The translations under genes and the position numbers were made by a program. This document shows positions 20,292 through 31,284 of a stretch of 64,000 nucleotides of DNA, in pieces. The notes under the pieces are model-generated. The model had not been told where the DNA came from and did not search any database. It saw only the letters and a program-made list of their open reading frames with translations. Numbering within the stretch: the stretch's first letter is position 1; the number at the start of each line of letters is the position of its first letter. Origin of the DNA: an uncultured archaeon (lineage in GTDB: Archaea; Thermoproteota; Bathyarchaeia; Bathyarchaeales; Bathycorpusculaceae); NCBI GenBank assembly GCA_963810275.1, contig CAWENF010000021.1, positions 128,001-192,000 of the forward strand. Direction: 5' to 3'.

Positions 20292-21170
20292 TTATTGAGT
20301 TTCGTCTTCTGCGGGTGGAGGCGTGTAGGCGGGCGCTGCCGGAGGCGTCGGTCTCCTCTTAGGTAGCTTGCCACTGTTTTCGCCTGTGGGCAACTCTTTA
20401 AAGCCATATGTGCCGATCGGCGGCCAACCTGCCTCAGGCATAGATGAAGGTATGAGCATTATCGTGTTTGTACCCGATTGTTGACCCAACTCGTAAATAA
20501 TGTTCATCCATCTTAAACGTAAACCTTCTTCGCTTGACTCATACATTTTTGCTGCTTCAATCATTTTCGCGGACGCTTCAAACTCCGCTGTAGCCAAAGT
20601 TACTCGTGCGATGCGTTCCCGCTCTGCCTGTGCTTGGCGGCTCATGGCGTCTTGGAGGCTGCCAGGGATGATGACGTCACGGACTTCGACTGCGGTGGCT
20701 TTGATGCCCCATGCCTCAGTTTTTTCATCAATGATTTCGCGGAGGTGTGCACCGACTTTTTCGCGTTCCGCAAGCAGGTCGTTTAAGCTGACTTTACCGA
20801 TGACTTCCCGCAGCGTTGTCTGCGCAGCTAGTTGGGTGGCTTGGTAGTAATTTTCAACTTGCAGCACTGCCTTTTCTAGGTCTACAGGTTTCATGTACAT
20901 GACTGAGTCAACGTTGACGGGAACATTGTCTTTGGTCAGAGTGGATTCGGTGCGGAACTCTATCGTGTCAAGCCTTGTGGATATGCGAATGGGGGCGCGG
21001 TCAATAAGTGGAACCAAATAAGCCAGTCCGGGCCCGCGGAGCCCAACGTATCGACCCAACCTTAAGACTGGCATGCGCTCCCATTCTTTTAAAACTCGAA
21101 TTCCACTTAAGAAAAATATTGCAATTAAAACAGCTACAAAAGCTAGAGTTATAGTTACAAAATCAACCAT
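20292..21170 (-). CDS. SPFH/stomatin (band 7) protein
   Basis: TM, then LTKDNVPV, AQTTLR, AMSRQAQAERERIA; start moved to ATG 21170 behind a GAGGG RBS. Confidence 0.92.
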   Translation of the reverse strand: MVDFVTITLAFVAVLIAIFFLSGIRVLKEWERMPVLRLGRYVGLRGPGLAYLVPLIDRAPIRISTRLDTIEFRTESTLTKDNVPVNVDSVMYMKPVDLEKAVLQVENYYQATQLAAQTTLREVIGKVSLNDLLAEREKVGAHLREIIDEKTEAWGIKATAVEVRDVIIPGSLQDAMSRQAQAERERIARVTLATAEFEASAKMIEAAKMYESSEEGLRLRWMNIIYELGQQSGTNTIMLIPSSMPEAGWPPIGTYGFKELPTGENSGKLPKRRPTPPAAPAYTPPPAEDETQ

Positions 21171-21189
21171 AAATTTTCCCTCAAGTAGG

Positions 21190-21603
21190 CTATTGGCATT
21201 TTGGGGAGTTAAGCTTTTCCTCGGAGGGCTTGACAACTAGGAACATACCGTCTAAATCTACGACCACAACTTCTTTGCATCTGGAGATTTCTTGGTCTTT
21301 AGCGATTGCCTGCCAGAACTCGCCTAAAACCCGCACTTCACCCAGTGGGGAAAGGTCGGTGGTTGCTACTCCGGTTGCTCCGATTAGGGCTTCTTTGCCT
21401 GTTTGTATACGGTTATTCTGTGCTTTTACCCCGAGGTAAAAAATGGCGGCAACTATAGCGGCAGATACGAAAAACACGGCTGCTAAGAGCACCTCAAACT
21501 GAAGAGTCAAACCATAATAAGCGACGCCGACTCCAGCGGCTACTGCGAGCAGAACCGCAGCGACAACAAGTGCTCCCGCAATGAAAGCCAACAATGCATG
21601 CAT
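21190..21603 (-). CDS. Short NfeD-family protein (TMs + OB fold)
   Basis: TGKEALIG, TDLSPLGEVRVLGEFWQA; directly upstream of stomatin. Confidence 0.88.
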   Translation of the reverse strand: MHALLAFIAGALVVAAVLLAVAAGVGVAYYGLTLQFEVLLAAVFFVSAAIVAAIFYLGVKAQNNRIQTGKEALIGATGVATTDLSPLGEVRVLGEFWQAIAKDQEISRCKEVVVVDLDGMFLVVKPSEEKLNSPKCQ

Positions 21604-21676
21604 AGCAATACTCCCAAGAAAGGATAGAAGGTGTTTGCTTATAAGTTATTTTAAAAAAAAGAAAAAAGAAAGCAGA

Positions 21677-21814
21677 TTAATTCCAGTTTGCATTAACAAA
21701 CAATCGGGAAGCCGAAGGTTCTAATGCAATATTAGCAAACTGTGGCACTATAGATGGTCTTTTGCGTAGCGGCGGCGCAGGCATAGGGGATGGTGGATCA
21801 ATTTCAAGGGGCAT
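21677..21814 (-). CDS. Putative 45-aa proline-rich peptide
   Basis: MPLEIDPPSPMPAPPLRKRPSIVPQFANIALEPSASRLFVNANWN; starts 8 nt after the HtrA stop and is followed by a T-tract. Confidence 0.4.
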   Translation of the reverse strand: MPLEIDPPSPMPAPPLRKRPSIVPQFANIALEPSASRLFVNANWN

Positions 21815-21822
21815 TTTGTTTA

Positions 21823-22754
21823 TCAGTCTTGTTCGCCTCCTTGCACCATGGGTATGATTGTTGCTTCGATTAGGTTTTCTCGCCGTAGGATGGCAATTTT
21901 GACTTCTTTGCCGATTACATCGTCTGAGAGCAGGCGGGGAAGTTCATAAAAATCGTGAACGGGTTTGTCGTTAAACTTCACGAGAACGTCGCCCATAGCT
22001 AGCCCTGTTTTGCGAGCTGGGGAACCGGATTCGACGCTGAAGATCATAACTCCGGTTTGCTGTTCAAGACCTGCTTGCTCTGCGATTTCTTCAGGGATAG
22101 CAACGGTGTTGGCTATTATGCCTAAATATCCACGCTGCGATGCTTTGCCACTCATAAGGCGGTCTGTAATGGCTTTGACTTTGTTTGAGGGGATGGCGAT
22201 GCCGCGTTGCCAGACGTAGGCGGTATTTATGCCTACGAGTTTGCCTTCGACGTCGATTAGGGGTCCACCGCTAAAGCCAGGGTTAAGCTGGGCGTCAGTA
22301 GCGATGACTCCTTCCATTGCTGTTGCTCCTCGCCAACCCCGGATGGCGCTGTTTAAGCTGGTGACCATGCCGGAGGTGGCGGTAGGCTGGTTTTTGCTGA
22401 AGGGGTTAGCTAAGGCTAAAACGTACTGTCCTACGCAGAGGTGTTCTGAGTCACCAAACTTAGTGGGGTGAAGTTTCCTTGTTCAGCCTTTAGCAGGGCA
22501 AGATCGTTGTAGGAGTCAGTACCTACGATTTTAGCATGCAAAGTTTTCTCACCTTGCCCGATTTTTACTGAGCCACATCCTGCTAAGATATGGTTGCAGG
22601 TGACTATGCAGCCGTCACTTGTTATAACAACACCTGTACCTCGTGACATCTGTGCTTTAACGCTTACTACCGATTGAGAAGTTTTTTTAATTAGTTCGCT
22701 GGTTGCGTCGGATAATGATTTTAGGATTTCAAGCGTGCTGGTTTGTTGAGTCAT
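21823..22754 (-). CDS. HtrA/DegP-type trypsin-like serine protease with PDZ domain, no signal peptide; frameshift near 22461
   Basis: TCNHIL (His), NDLAL (Asp), PGFSGGP (Ser), GYLGI PDZ loop; one extra A joins the two ORFs. Confidence 0.85.
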
Positions 22755-23050
22755 TTTCTTTCTCCTTGTATGGATAGAGTGAAAAGGTATATGTTGACTA
22801 AGGGAAGGATAAACTCGGTCACAGATTGTTTTGGTTACATTCTCAATAAAAAAATGTCAGCACATTATTCACAGTCCACTAAAAGAAAAAATGCAGGTCA
22901 AATCAATGGCGCCAGTAAATAGCAGATGGAGATTCCCAAATAGGTTAATAATTGCCCGTATGGTTAAGTTAATCAGATAGAGGGAGAATTAAATGTCATT
23001 AATGGGCTGGTATTACAATTAACTTCCATTTCCTAAAGGAGACTTGAATC

Positions 23051-23809
23051 ATGGACTTTTTTGACCTTATGAGCATCTCACACCGCTATATGGAAATACT
23101 CAACCCTTCTACGCCTGAAAAAATCATCCAACTTGGCAATCTGCTCAAGTTGAAAAAGGGTAGTCGAGTTATCGACTTCGGTTGTGGTTGCGCCGAACCT
23201 CTCGCTCTCTGGGCTGAGAAATTCGGTATCACGGGTATTGGTATTGATATATCCGGAGATTTTTGCGACCGGGCCAGGGATAAGCTTGTCAAAAGAGGGT
23301 TGTCGGGTCAAATCGAAATCGTTTGCTCCCCAGCGGCTGAGTACGTGTTCGAAGATGAAGCTTTCGATGCGGCAACATGTATTGGGGCAACTTTTGTTTT
23401 TGGCGGCTTCCAGCAGACGATCCGGAAGATGAAACAGGCTGTGAATCAGAATGGACGCCTCGGCATAGGTGAAACCCACTGGCTTAGCAGCCATGTACAT
23501 CCGGAATATGCCCAAAAACAGACAAATACTCGCACGGAATCAGAACTGGCCCAATTTATCCGAAACGAAGGCTTTGAACTCGAATATATAATCCGTTCCA
23601 GCCGTGATGAGTGGGACATGTATATTTCGGATAGTTGGTATGGACTGGTACGTTGGCTTGAAGAAAATCCCAACCATCCTGACCGTGAACAGGTATTCAA
23701 ACACTTTCGTACTGACCAGGATGATTATTTACAGTTCCAAAGCCAATATATGGGCTGGGCTATGTACTGCGTCGCCCCCCTGAATTCTCATCTACAAAGC
23801 AGTCAATAA
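23051..23809 (+). CDS. Class I SAM-dependent methyltransferase (YjhP-like)
   Basis: VIDFGCGCAE, GIDIS, FDAATCIGATF, YMGWAM. Confidence 0.85.
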   Translation: MDFFDLMSISHRYMEILNPSTPEKIIQLGNLLKLKKGSRVIDFGCGCAEPLALWAEKFGITGIGIDISGDFCDRARDKLVKRGLSGQIEIVCSPAAEYVFEDEAFDAATCIGATFVFGGFQQTIRKMKQAVNQNGRLGIGETHWLSSHVHPEYAQKQTNTRTESELAQFIRNEGFELEYIIRSSRDEWDMYISDSWYGLVRWLEENPNHPDREQVFKHFRTDQDDYLQFQSQYMGWAMYCVAPLNSHLQSSQ

Positions 23810-24023
23810 ATATGAAATTATAATTCTTCATGAGCCATGTGCCAACTAAATTCTTGGATTTTGAACTGAGCGAACTTGAACGTCTTGCATCCTTCAAGCC
23901 ACAAGTGAACCAATTTAGCGGCCACTGCAAAGTAGCGTCAAAGGGCTATTTTTTCCCTTTTATAAGAGATTCTACGCATGGAGTACACAAACAGCAACCA
24001 CTGTTTTACAAGCTGTTAACTCA

Positions 24024-24698
24024 TCAGGCAGGCATAGAAGATTCTCCAAAGTAGCCAACGTTTCTTGCGATTACAGGTCTAGTTGCCTGTGAACTTATGC
24101 ATATTTTGCCTATGTGCGACATCAACTGGTAGGATGCTTTTAGGGCAGCGTTAAGGTTATTGCTGGTTAAGAATTTAGCTTCAATGTTTAAAGCTGCACC
24201 CTGAATGTTAGCAGCAATTTGTATGCCGCCATCTTCAGTTACCCATTTAAGAGTTACACCTTGATTGTTTTTAGAGATACCAAGCCAACGCAGAGAACCA
24301 AACCATTTACCCCTCAAAGAAAGAACAAGCTGATTGGTAAGTAAATCAGAGGGCAGAAAAGTCTGGACAAGAGGAGTAACAACAGTTTCAGCGGGAGACT
24401 GCTGGAGTTTTAGTGCAGTTATTTTTGAAGTAACTCGGTAGCCACCGTGTTCTTTTATGACTATACCTTCCTCTTCGAGCCTGCAAAGGATGCGGGAAAG
24501 CGTTTCAGAATGCAGTCCTGTTCTGCGTTTCAGCCCATCAAAAGTGAACATGGCTAATCCTTCATTTTCTATGAGGGCGAGCAAATCGGCATCGCGTTCG
24601 CTAAGTGAACAATCGGGTGATGGGCTTTGCCAATTTACATTAAGAACAGAAGGCATTAAACAAGAAAAGTCCGCATCACCCATTTGAATGTTACCCAC
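24024..24698 (-). CDS. Winged-helix DNA-binding domain protein
   Basis: FTFDGLKRRTGLHSETLSRILCRLEEEG...GYR; GKWFGSLRWLG. Confidence 0.7.
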   Translation of the reverse strand: MGNIQMGDADFSCLMPSVLNVNWQSPSPDCSLSERDADLLALIENEGLAMFTFDGLKRRTGLHSETLSRILCRLEEEGIVIKEHGGYRVTSKITALKLQQSPAETVVTPLVQTFLPSDLLTNQLVLSLRGKWFGSLRWLGISKNNQGVTLKWVTEDGGIQIAANIQGAALNIEAKFLTSNNLNAALKASYQLMSHIGKICISSQATRPVIARNVGYFGESSMPA

Positions 24699-25464
24699 AT
24701 TTCCTGTAAAAATACATGAGAAAAAACAACAGCAGAATTATTAAAAAACGGATACTCAGCAAATCGAACGCTCAACCGTTATGGGGCAAGCAAGGATGGA
24801 GCGATTCGGGATACTCTGGAAGTTGAACGCTGGTTCGCCGTGTCTATAGGGGGTTTGGAAGTCTCTTACGAGTTTCACAAATAGTCTATATAAAATATGT
24901 AAACGATAGAAGTAAAAACAGGAAATAGGAACTAATAAAGAATATTGTGACTTTCTATGATTGGAGAAGCCCAGTTTTTATTCATTAACTACATTCTATT
25001 AAAGATCTTCTTAACTTGGTGCAAGCCTATGAATAACGTAGGAGAATTAGAGCATGCAAATAGCTTCAATGATAGTATTCACCTGCCCCTGAATGTAAGG
25101 AAAAAATTCAAGTTTGACAACATAAGAAAAGAAGCTTTTGCCGCCCACTATCCAAGAACTACTGCTTAACCATCCAAAAGGGAAATTCACTACTTAGCAT
25201 GCATCAACTTCTCGACCGTAAATATATAAAACGAGTAAGTGATGGAAAATGAAGTTCAGGTTTTTGCTAAGACGACAAATTCAATTTAGACCTCTGTGAC
25301 TTTTCGAATAATGAAATAATTTTCTGCCAGTATGCAGCTTAGGTTATGAAAGTCGTCAATACAAGTCTTCCGCAGTAGAGTCTATCGCATTCGCATAACC
25401 TAACAGAGGTGCAAGTGCTTCATTTTTACAAACCTTTATGCCGTTAGATAACCATTTTTGTTTT

Positions 25465-26007
25465 ATGAGAGAAATCGAAGTTAAAGTTTTGGAGATAAAC
25501 AAAAAAAGCGTCACAGAAAAAATCATTGTCCAGGGTGGGGTCCAAATTTCCGACGGCGACGTCTCAACTTCATTTTTGGATTATCCAGATAATCGCATTC
25601 ACCTGCGCAAAGACGTGTTGCGGCTAAGAAGAGAAAAAGAAGTTTCCGAGTTGACTTACAAGAAGGTGCATTTTGACAAAACAGTTAAAGTAGCAGAGGA
25701 AACTTCAGTGCAAATCTCCAGTTTAGAGGATGCTTTGCTGATTTTGCAGAATTTGGGGTTAACGATTAAAGAGAAGATGGATAAGCATAGAACCAGCTTC
25801 AAGCTGTGCGAAGTAAGAATAGACATTGACCAGTACTATGGGGATTACGCTTATATTCCCGAGTTTTTGGAATTAGAAGGCCCAGAGTCAGCCATTGGTA
25901 AAGTTGCAATGATGTTAGGTTTTCAAGAAAAAGACTGCTTGCCATGGTCAACTGACGAGTTGATTAAGTATTATGGGGGTAAAGGAAAAAAGAAAGAGTT
26001 TAGCTGA
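25465..26007 (+). CDS. CYTH / triphosphate tunnel metalloenzyme (class IV adenylate cyclase-like)
   Basis: MREIEVK (ExExK), LRLR, LTYK, KHR, FLELEG; start at ATG 25465. Confidence 0.88.
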   Translation: MREIEVKVLEINKKSVTEKIIVQGGVQISDGDVSTSFLDYPDNRIHLRKDVLRLRREKEVSELTYKKVHFDKTVKVAEETSVQISSLEDALLILQNLGLTIKEKMDKHRTSFKLCEVRIDIDQYYGDYAYIPEFLELEGPESAIGKVAMMLGFQEKDCLPWSTDELIKYYGGKGKKKEFS

Positions 26008-26500
26008 TTTTTTTTGTTTTTGGCTTAATTGATTTTGCTTTTTTGATAGCCGGAACTACTTTTTTAACCATTTTTTTGACGTTTGCTTTTGGTTTAATTT
26101 TAGCTTTAGTTTGAGGTTGAGGTTTTTTTGTGGAATTCCATGCTGGGTACTGGCCGTGTTCTTTTTTAAAGTTTTCAAGTAGTTCTTTTTTAGCAGTTCT
26201 TGAGTTGTTGGCAGTCATCCAGGTGACGGCTACTTTTTCGATGAAGCCGTCGTCGAAAAGCAGAGAGTGGATTTTACGGGTCGTTTTTCCGCCGTATCCT
26301 GCTATGTAGCCACCGAAGATTCTTTTTGTAGGATTTTTTGTTTTGCCAATATAAAGTATGTCTGATGTGGGCTGTCCTGTGAGTGTGAAGTCTGTTAAAA
26401 TTAGAACACCGCTTTTATTGTTAGGTAGGCTGGTAAATTGAAGCCCTTTGAGCGGAATGGCGTCAACGAAGCCATTTTCCTTGAGACTAATTGAGTTCAT
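26000..26500 (-). CDS. GIY-YIG-like domain protein with lysine-rich C-terminal tail
   Basis: DILYIGKT..KRI...ELLENFKKEHGQYPAWN, then 17 Lys in the last 44 aa. Confidence 0.65.
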   Translation of the reverse strand: MNSISLKENGFVDAIPLKGLQFTSLPNNKSGVLILTDFTLTGQPTSDILYIGKTKNPTKRIFGGYIAGYGGKTTRKIHSLLFDDGFIEKVAVTWMTANNSRTAKKELLENFKKEHGQYPAWNSTKKPQPQTKAKIKPKANVKKMVKKVVPAIKKAKSIKPKTKKIS

Positions 26501-26839
26501 ATACTGAAAGGGGTAGGGAGTCCGATTTAACCGTTGCTATATATATTATTTCGGCAATTATAGTCTATTTTCACTGGACTTAACCGTAACTTCACATAAA
26601 TTCAGAACCGTCGGCTTAAATCCATAAGGAAAATCACTATTTTTCGAGTTTGAATCCTTTGCCGTCACCAAACCCAAACAAGTAATGTCAAATATTTGTC
26701 AAGGAAGCGCAGAATATGAAGAATACGCTTATAAGAACCGAAAAGACGTTTTACATAACTTCTCTCTCTGTATTATGAGCATAATTGCTCAAATTTAAAT
26801 TGAAAACAACACAAAATAAAATCGCTAGGTAGAAACCGC

Positions 26840-28975
26840 TTGTCAACCGCCATTAACTCTAAACCAGAAAACAACCTCTCAAACACAGATAAAATACTTG
26901 ATAACCCAAACTATTATATTAACCGTGAACTCAGCTGGGTTAGATTCAACGCTCGTATCTTAGAAGAAGCCCACGACGAGTGGCATCCTCTTCTTGAACG
27001 TGTTAAATTCATAGCTATCTGCGGCAGCAACCTCGACGAGTTTTTTATGACAAGAATCGCTCGGCTGATAAAAAAAATCAAGAAGAAATCAAATGAATGC
27101 TCCATGGACGGAATGACCACTATTGAGCAGGTTGAGGCTACCCGAGAAGAGATTTTGCCTCTGCTTCTCAAGCACTCTGAATGTTGGAAAAACGAAATTG
27201 TCCCTGCGCTTTCTAAAGAGGAAATTTACATCAGAAAATTTGTAGAGCTACCAGAAAAAGATAAAGAAAAAATCTTGGATCACTTTAAGTCCAAAATTCT
27301 ACCCTCAGTAACTGTTTGCAAATCTAACTGGGACAGCAACACCATAGAAAACCTCCGCGTTTCTCTATGTGTAACGGGTTTCTCAGATGGTTCGTACTGC
27401 CTAGTAAATTTGCCCTCAGATGAGTTCGGCAGATTGATAAAAATCACACGTAGCACCTACCGAGAAATGCTCAATTTTGACTTTGAATTCATCTTCCTAG
27501 AAGATCTTGTAGCTAACAACTTGGATTTAGTTTTTCCAAATGAAAAGAACTTGATAGCGTATCCGTTCAGGCTTACTCGAAATGGCGAAATAGACATCCT
27601 AATGGATGAATCCTCGGATTTCCTCACTTCAATCAAGAAGGGGCTATCAAAAAGAAAAACGGGTTTCCCAAGCCGACTTGAATTTGACAAAAAAACTCCA
27701 CCTGAACTGCGCAAAAACATAGCTGAACGGCTTTATTTAGATGAAAAATTCATTTACGAATTTGATGGTCCCTTGGGTTTTGTTGACCTCTGGCAACTCT
27801 ATAAACTGAATAGACCAAGCCTTAAGGACAGAACCTTCCTACCATCAATTCTGCCGCTACTAACGCCTGAGATGAACTTGTTTACCACCATTGCCAAAGG
27901 TGACATCGTCCTATACCATCCTTACGATGGTTTCGAAGTCATAATTGACTTCCTAAAAGAGGCAGCGCAAGACAAGTACGTAGAGAAAATCTGCATAACC
28001 ATGTATCGCATGGACCATAAATCGCCCATTGTGGAAGCTTTGATGTTAGCGGCAAAGAACGGAAAAAATGTTACTGCCGTAGTGGAGTTAAAAGCGAAAT
28101 TCGACGAGGAGAACAACATACTGCTTGTTTCTAAACTCAAAGAGGCGGGAGTTAAGTGCGTTTACAACTTCCCCAATTTTAAAGTACACGCTAAACTGTG
28201 TCTTATTGTACGTAAAGAAAAGACGGGACTGGGCAGGTACTGCCATATCGGTTCAGGCAACTATAACGCTGTGACGGCTAAAATCTATGGCGACATCGGC
28301 TACCTGACCGCTAACCGTGATGTGGGCAAAGAACTGGAGGAACTTTTTGACATTATCATTAATGGGTTGCAGGAAAAAGACTTCAAACACCTGCTTGTGG
28401 CACCTAAAACGTTGAAGAATGAAATTCTAAATCGTATTGAACGGGAAATTGAGGTTCATAAGAAAACTGGTCAAGGATATCTTGCGTTTAAATTAAATAA
28501 CTTGGAAGAAAAAGACGTGATTAAAGCGCTTTATCGGGCGTCTATGAAGGGAATAAAAATTGAACTCAACGTCCGAGCATTATGTTGCCTTAGACCGGGC
28601 ATTCCGGGCGTTAGCGACAACATATCAGTTATATCCATTGTGGGCCGCTTCCTTGAACATGCCCGCATTTACTACTTCGAAAACGGCGGCGACAGCGACC
28701 TTTTGATCGGCAGTTCTGATTTGATGTTTCGTAATCTCAATGAAAGGGTCGAAGTGCTCTTCAGTGTGCCGGACCCTAAGATTCGGCAGTCAATTCTTGA
28801 GAACATGCTTAAAATTCATTTAAAGGACAATGTTAAAGCCAGAAGGCTGTTGACAAATGGAACATACCATAAAGTCACTCCTAAACCGGGCGAGGCGGGC
28901 TTGAACTCGCAGTTCTGGCTCATCCAAAACCGAGGCATATGGCATGAATACGCAGCTTACATCCCAAAAACCTAA
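26840..28975 (+). CDS. ppk1: Polyphosphate kinase 1
   Basis: YINRELSW, NLDEFFM, HPYD, VELKAKFDEENN, KVHAK, GRFLEHAR, RNLNERVE. Confidence 0.96.
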   Translation: MSTAINSKPENNLSNTDKILDNPNYYINRELSWVRFNARILEEAHDEWHPLLERVKFIAICGSNLDEFFMTRIARLIKKIKKKSNECSMDGMTTIEQVEATREEILPLLLKHSECWKNEIVPALSKEEIYIRKFVELPEKDKEKILDHFKSKILPSVTVCKSNWDSNTIENLRVSLCVTGFSDGSYCLVNLPSDEFGRLIKITRSTYREMLNFDFEFIFLEDLVANNLDLVFPNEKNLIAYPFRLTRNGEIDILMDESSDFLTSIKKGLSKRKTGFPSRLEFDKKTPPELRKNIAERLYLDEKFIYEFDGPLGFVDLWQLYKLNRPSLKDRTFLPSILPLLTPEMNLFTTIAKGDIVLYHPYDGFEVIIDFLKEAAQDKYVEKICITMYRMDHKSPIVEALMLAAKNGKNVTAVVELKAKFDEENNILLVSKLKEAGVKCVYNFPNFKVHAKLCLIVRKEKTGLGRYCHIGSGNYNAVTAKIYGDIGYLTANRDVGKELEELFDIIINGLQEKDFKHLLVAPKTLKNEILNRIEREIEVHKKTGQGYLAFKLNNLEEKDVIKALYRASMKGIKIELNVRALCCLRPGIPGVSDNISVISIVGRFLEHARIYYFENGGDSDLLIGSSDLMFRNLNERVEVLFSVPDPKIRQSILENMLKIHLKDNVKARRLLTNGTYHKVTPKPGEAGLNSQFWLIQNRGIWHEYAAYIPKT

Positions 28976-31284
28976 ACCTCTTGGAAGCTACTGCGAATTC
29001 GGTGCAGAAACACTCATTAAACTTTTAATGGGCACAGACGACTTAATCGAAGGCGTTTTAGAAAACCAAGACAAAGAGTTTGTGCACAAGACTCGTGTGG
29101 CTTCTCGCAGGTTGAGAGCTGCGTTGCCGCTTTTTCGCGACTGCTACTCAAAAAAAGACTACCGCAACTGGCTAAAGGAAATCCGAAAAGTCACACGGTT
29201 GCTATCCGTTGCAAGAGACCTTGACGTGCAAATCGCTTTTATTGAACAGTATATTAAAAAGTTAACCTCAGAAACAGAAAAACCAGCTTTTAACGCCATT
29301 TTGCGCAGTCACAAAGCCCGCCGGAGACATGCTCAAACCGAGGTGGTAGCAGGCTTAGAAGAGTTAAGAAACGTGGGAACCATCAACCAAATTCGAAGAA
29401 TTAGCAGGCAAATTATAGCTAAAGAATCAGTGCAAACCTTAAAGCCCAGCGAAGTTTTGGAGCGTTCCCACTGGCATATTTCATTTAGACTTGATGATTT
29501 CTTATCGATGGAAAGATATGTTTATCAAGAAAGAAGAAAAATCGAACACCATCAAATGCGCATTTACGCTAAGAAACTGCGCTATACAATGGAATGCTTT
29601 GCTCCACTCTACGACGATAGACTAGAGAAAGAAATCGGGACGATTAAAGCGTTTCAGGATGTTTTGGGAGAAATGCATGACTGTGACGTTTGGTTAGAAT
29701 TTATTCCGCAGTACAGACAGAAAATAAGAAAAAGAGCTGCACCAAATAAGTACATCGGCGAACCTCTGAAGAACTTCATGGTTTACATGTTGCAGCGGAG
29801 AAGAAAGTTCTATAGCCAATTCACCGAGCTCTGGAAAGAGAAAAATGGAAGCGACTTTTTTAGTCAACTTAGAAAGAAAACGGGGTCAGCATTCATGACT
29901 CAAAATTTAAATTACGCTAAAGCCGCACTTAGGAAGCCAACAGTTAAAATTGCTTTGCTCTCAGATGTGCACGCTAACGCTGAGGCTTTGGTGAGAGTCA
30001 TCGCTGACGCTGAGAACAGGGGAGCCAACGTTTTCCTAAACGCAGGTGACTCTGTGGGGTTCGGTGCATCCCCAAACGAAGCCGTGCACTTACTAGCCGA
30101 GAAAAATGTATTGAGCGTCATTGGCAACTTTGACTTGGAAGTGCTAAATGGAACTGGTGATGCAAAAGGCGAGAAAAAACTTGGCGTACACATTTACACG
30201 TAAAAAGCTATCTAAAGCTACTCAAAGTTACCTCTCAAGCTTACCATATGAATTGCGGCTAAGGGTTGTGGGTAAAACATTGCTTTTGACACATGGGTCG
30301 CCGAAAGATATCAACGAGCATATTCTTCCCAACTCGCCAGATGACAAATTCCGAGAGTGGACAAAAAAGGCGAAAGCCGATTTGGTGGTTGTGGGTCATA
30401 GCCATGAACAGTTCAGGCACCAAACAGGCAACTCAGACTTCATCAACCCAGGCAGCGTGGGACGCCCCGGCGACGGCAACCCCCAAACGGCTTATGCAAT
30501 GCTTACGTTCACCCCGCTAAAAGTAGAGTTAATCAGACTTAACTACGACGTCCAAAGCGCAGCTGACCGCATAAGAAAGGCTGGCTTACCTGAAAGTTAC
30601 GCGCAGATGTTGCTTACTGGCTTATCACTGGATTTCACACTAAAGGAGGACCGCGACCGATGGGGAGGGGGACTTAAAAACCGTAAGACGACGCTTAAGT
30701 CATGCAGGGAATTTGCGACTAACCGCTGGCCCGATGTTGAGCACTTCATGCAAGTGGAAGATTTAACGTTAAACTTGTTTGACGCCCTTAAAGAAGAGCA
30801 CAAACTGGATGGGCGAGAACGTTTCTGGCTCCAATGCGCCGCTATCCTTCACGATACAGGTCTTTCAAAAGAAGGCAGCAAACACCACAAGAAATCAGCT
30901 CAAATTATTTTGAACTCGACGGAGCTACCTTTTTCGTCTATGGAGAGAAGAATAATAGCCTGCATAGCCAGGTATCACCGTAAAGCTTTACCCAAATTTA
31001 GTGACGACATTCTTCAAGGTCTTAACCGTAAGACGGTGGAGAAAATCTGCATATTAGCAGCCATTTTACGTATAGCTGATGCTTTAGACTACACTCATCA
31101 GGCGACTGTCAAAATCTCGTTAGTGAAGCTGGGAGCCAAAAAAATAAGTGTCTATTGCATTTCACCCTCACCATTACCTCAGGAAGAAGAAGCATTCAAC
31201 AAAAAGAAGGATCTATTTGAGAAAGTATTCAACAAGAAAACGGTGTTGATATGGAGCCAACAGACAAAAAAGGTGAACGCATAG
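28944..31284 (+). CDS. CHAD + YfcE-type metallophosphoesterase + HD-domain fusion protein; frameshift near 30180
   Basis: CHAD (VHKTRVASRRLR, HQMRIYAKKLRY, GEMHDCD); SDVHAN, GDSVG, GNFD, HGSP, GHSH, NPGSVG; ILHDTG, IARYHRK, LRIADALD; frames join at GEKK/LAYTF. Confidence 0.85.

Noticed and set aside
24700-25440. Long intergenic region with a 70-aa ORF, considered as ncRNA or gene
   Set aside because: No recognisable motif or convincing long stem found by eye
26644-26670. tRNA-3'-like string gagtttgaatcctttgccgtcacca upstream of ppk1 (possible att site)
   Set aside because: The T-stem does not pair, and there is no matching tRNA, second copy or integrase in the window
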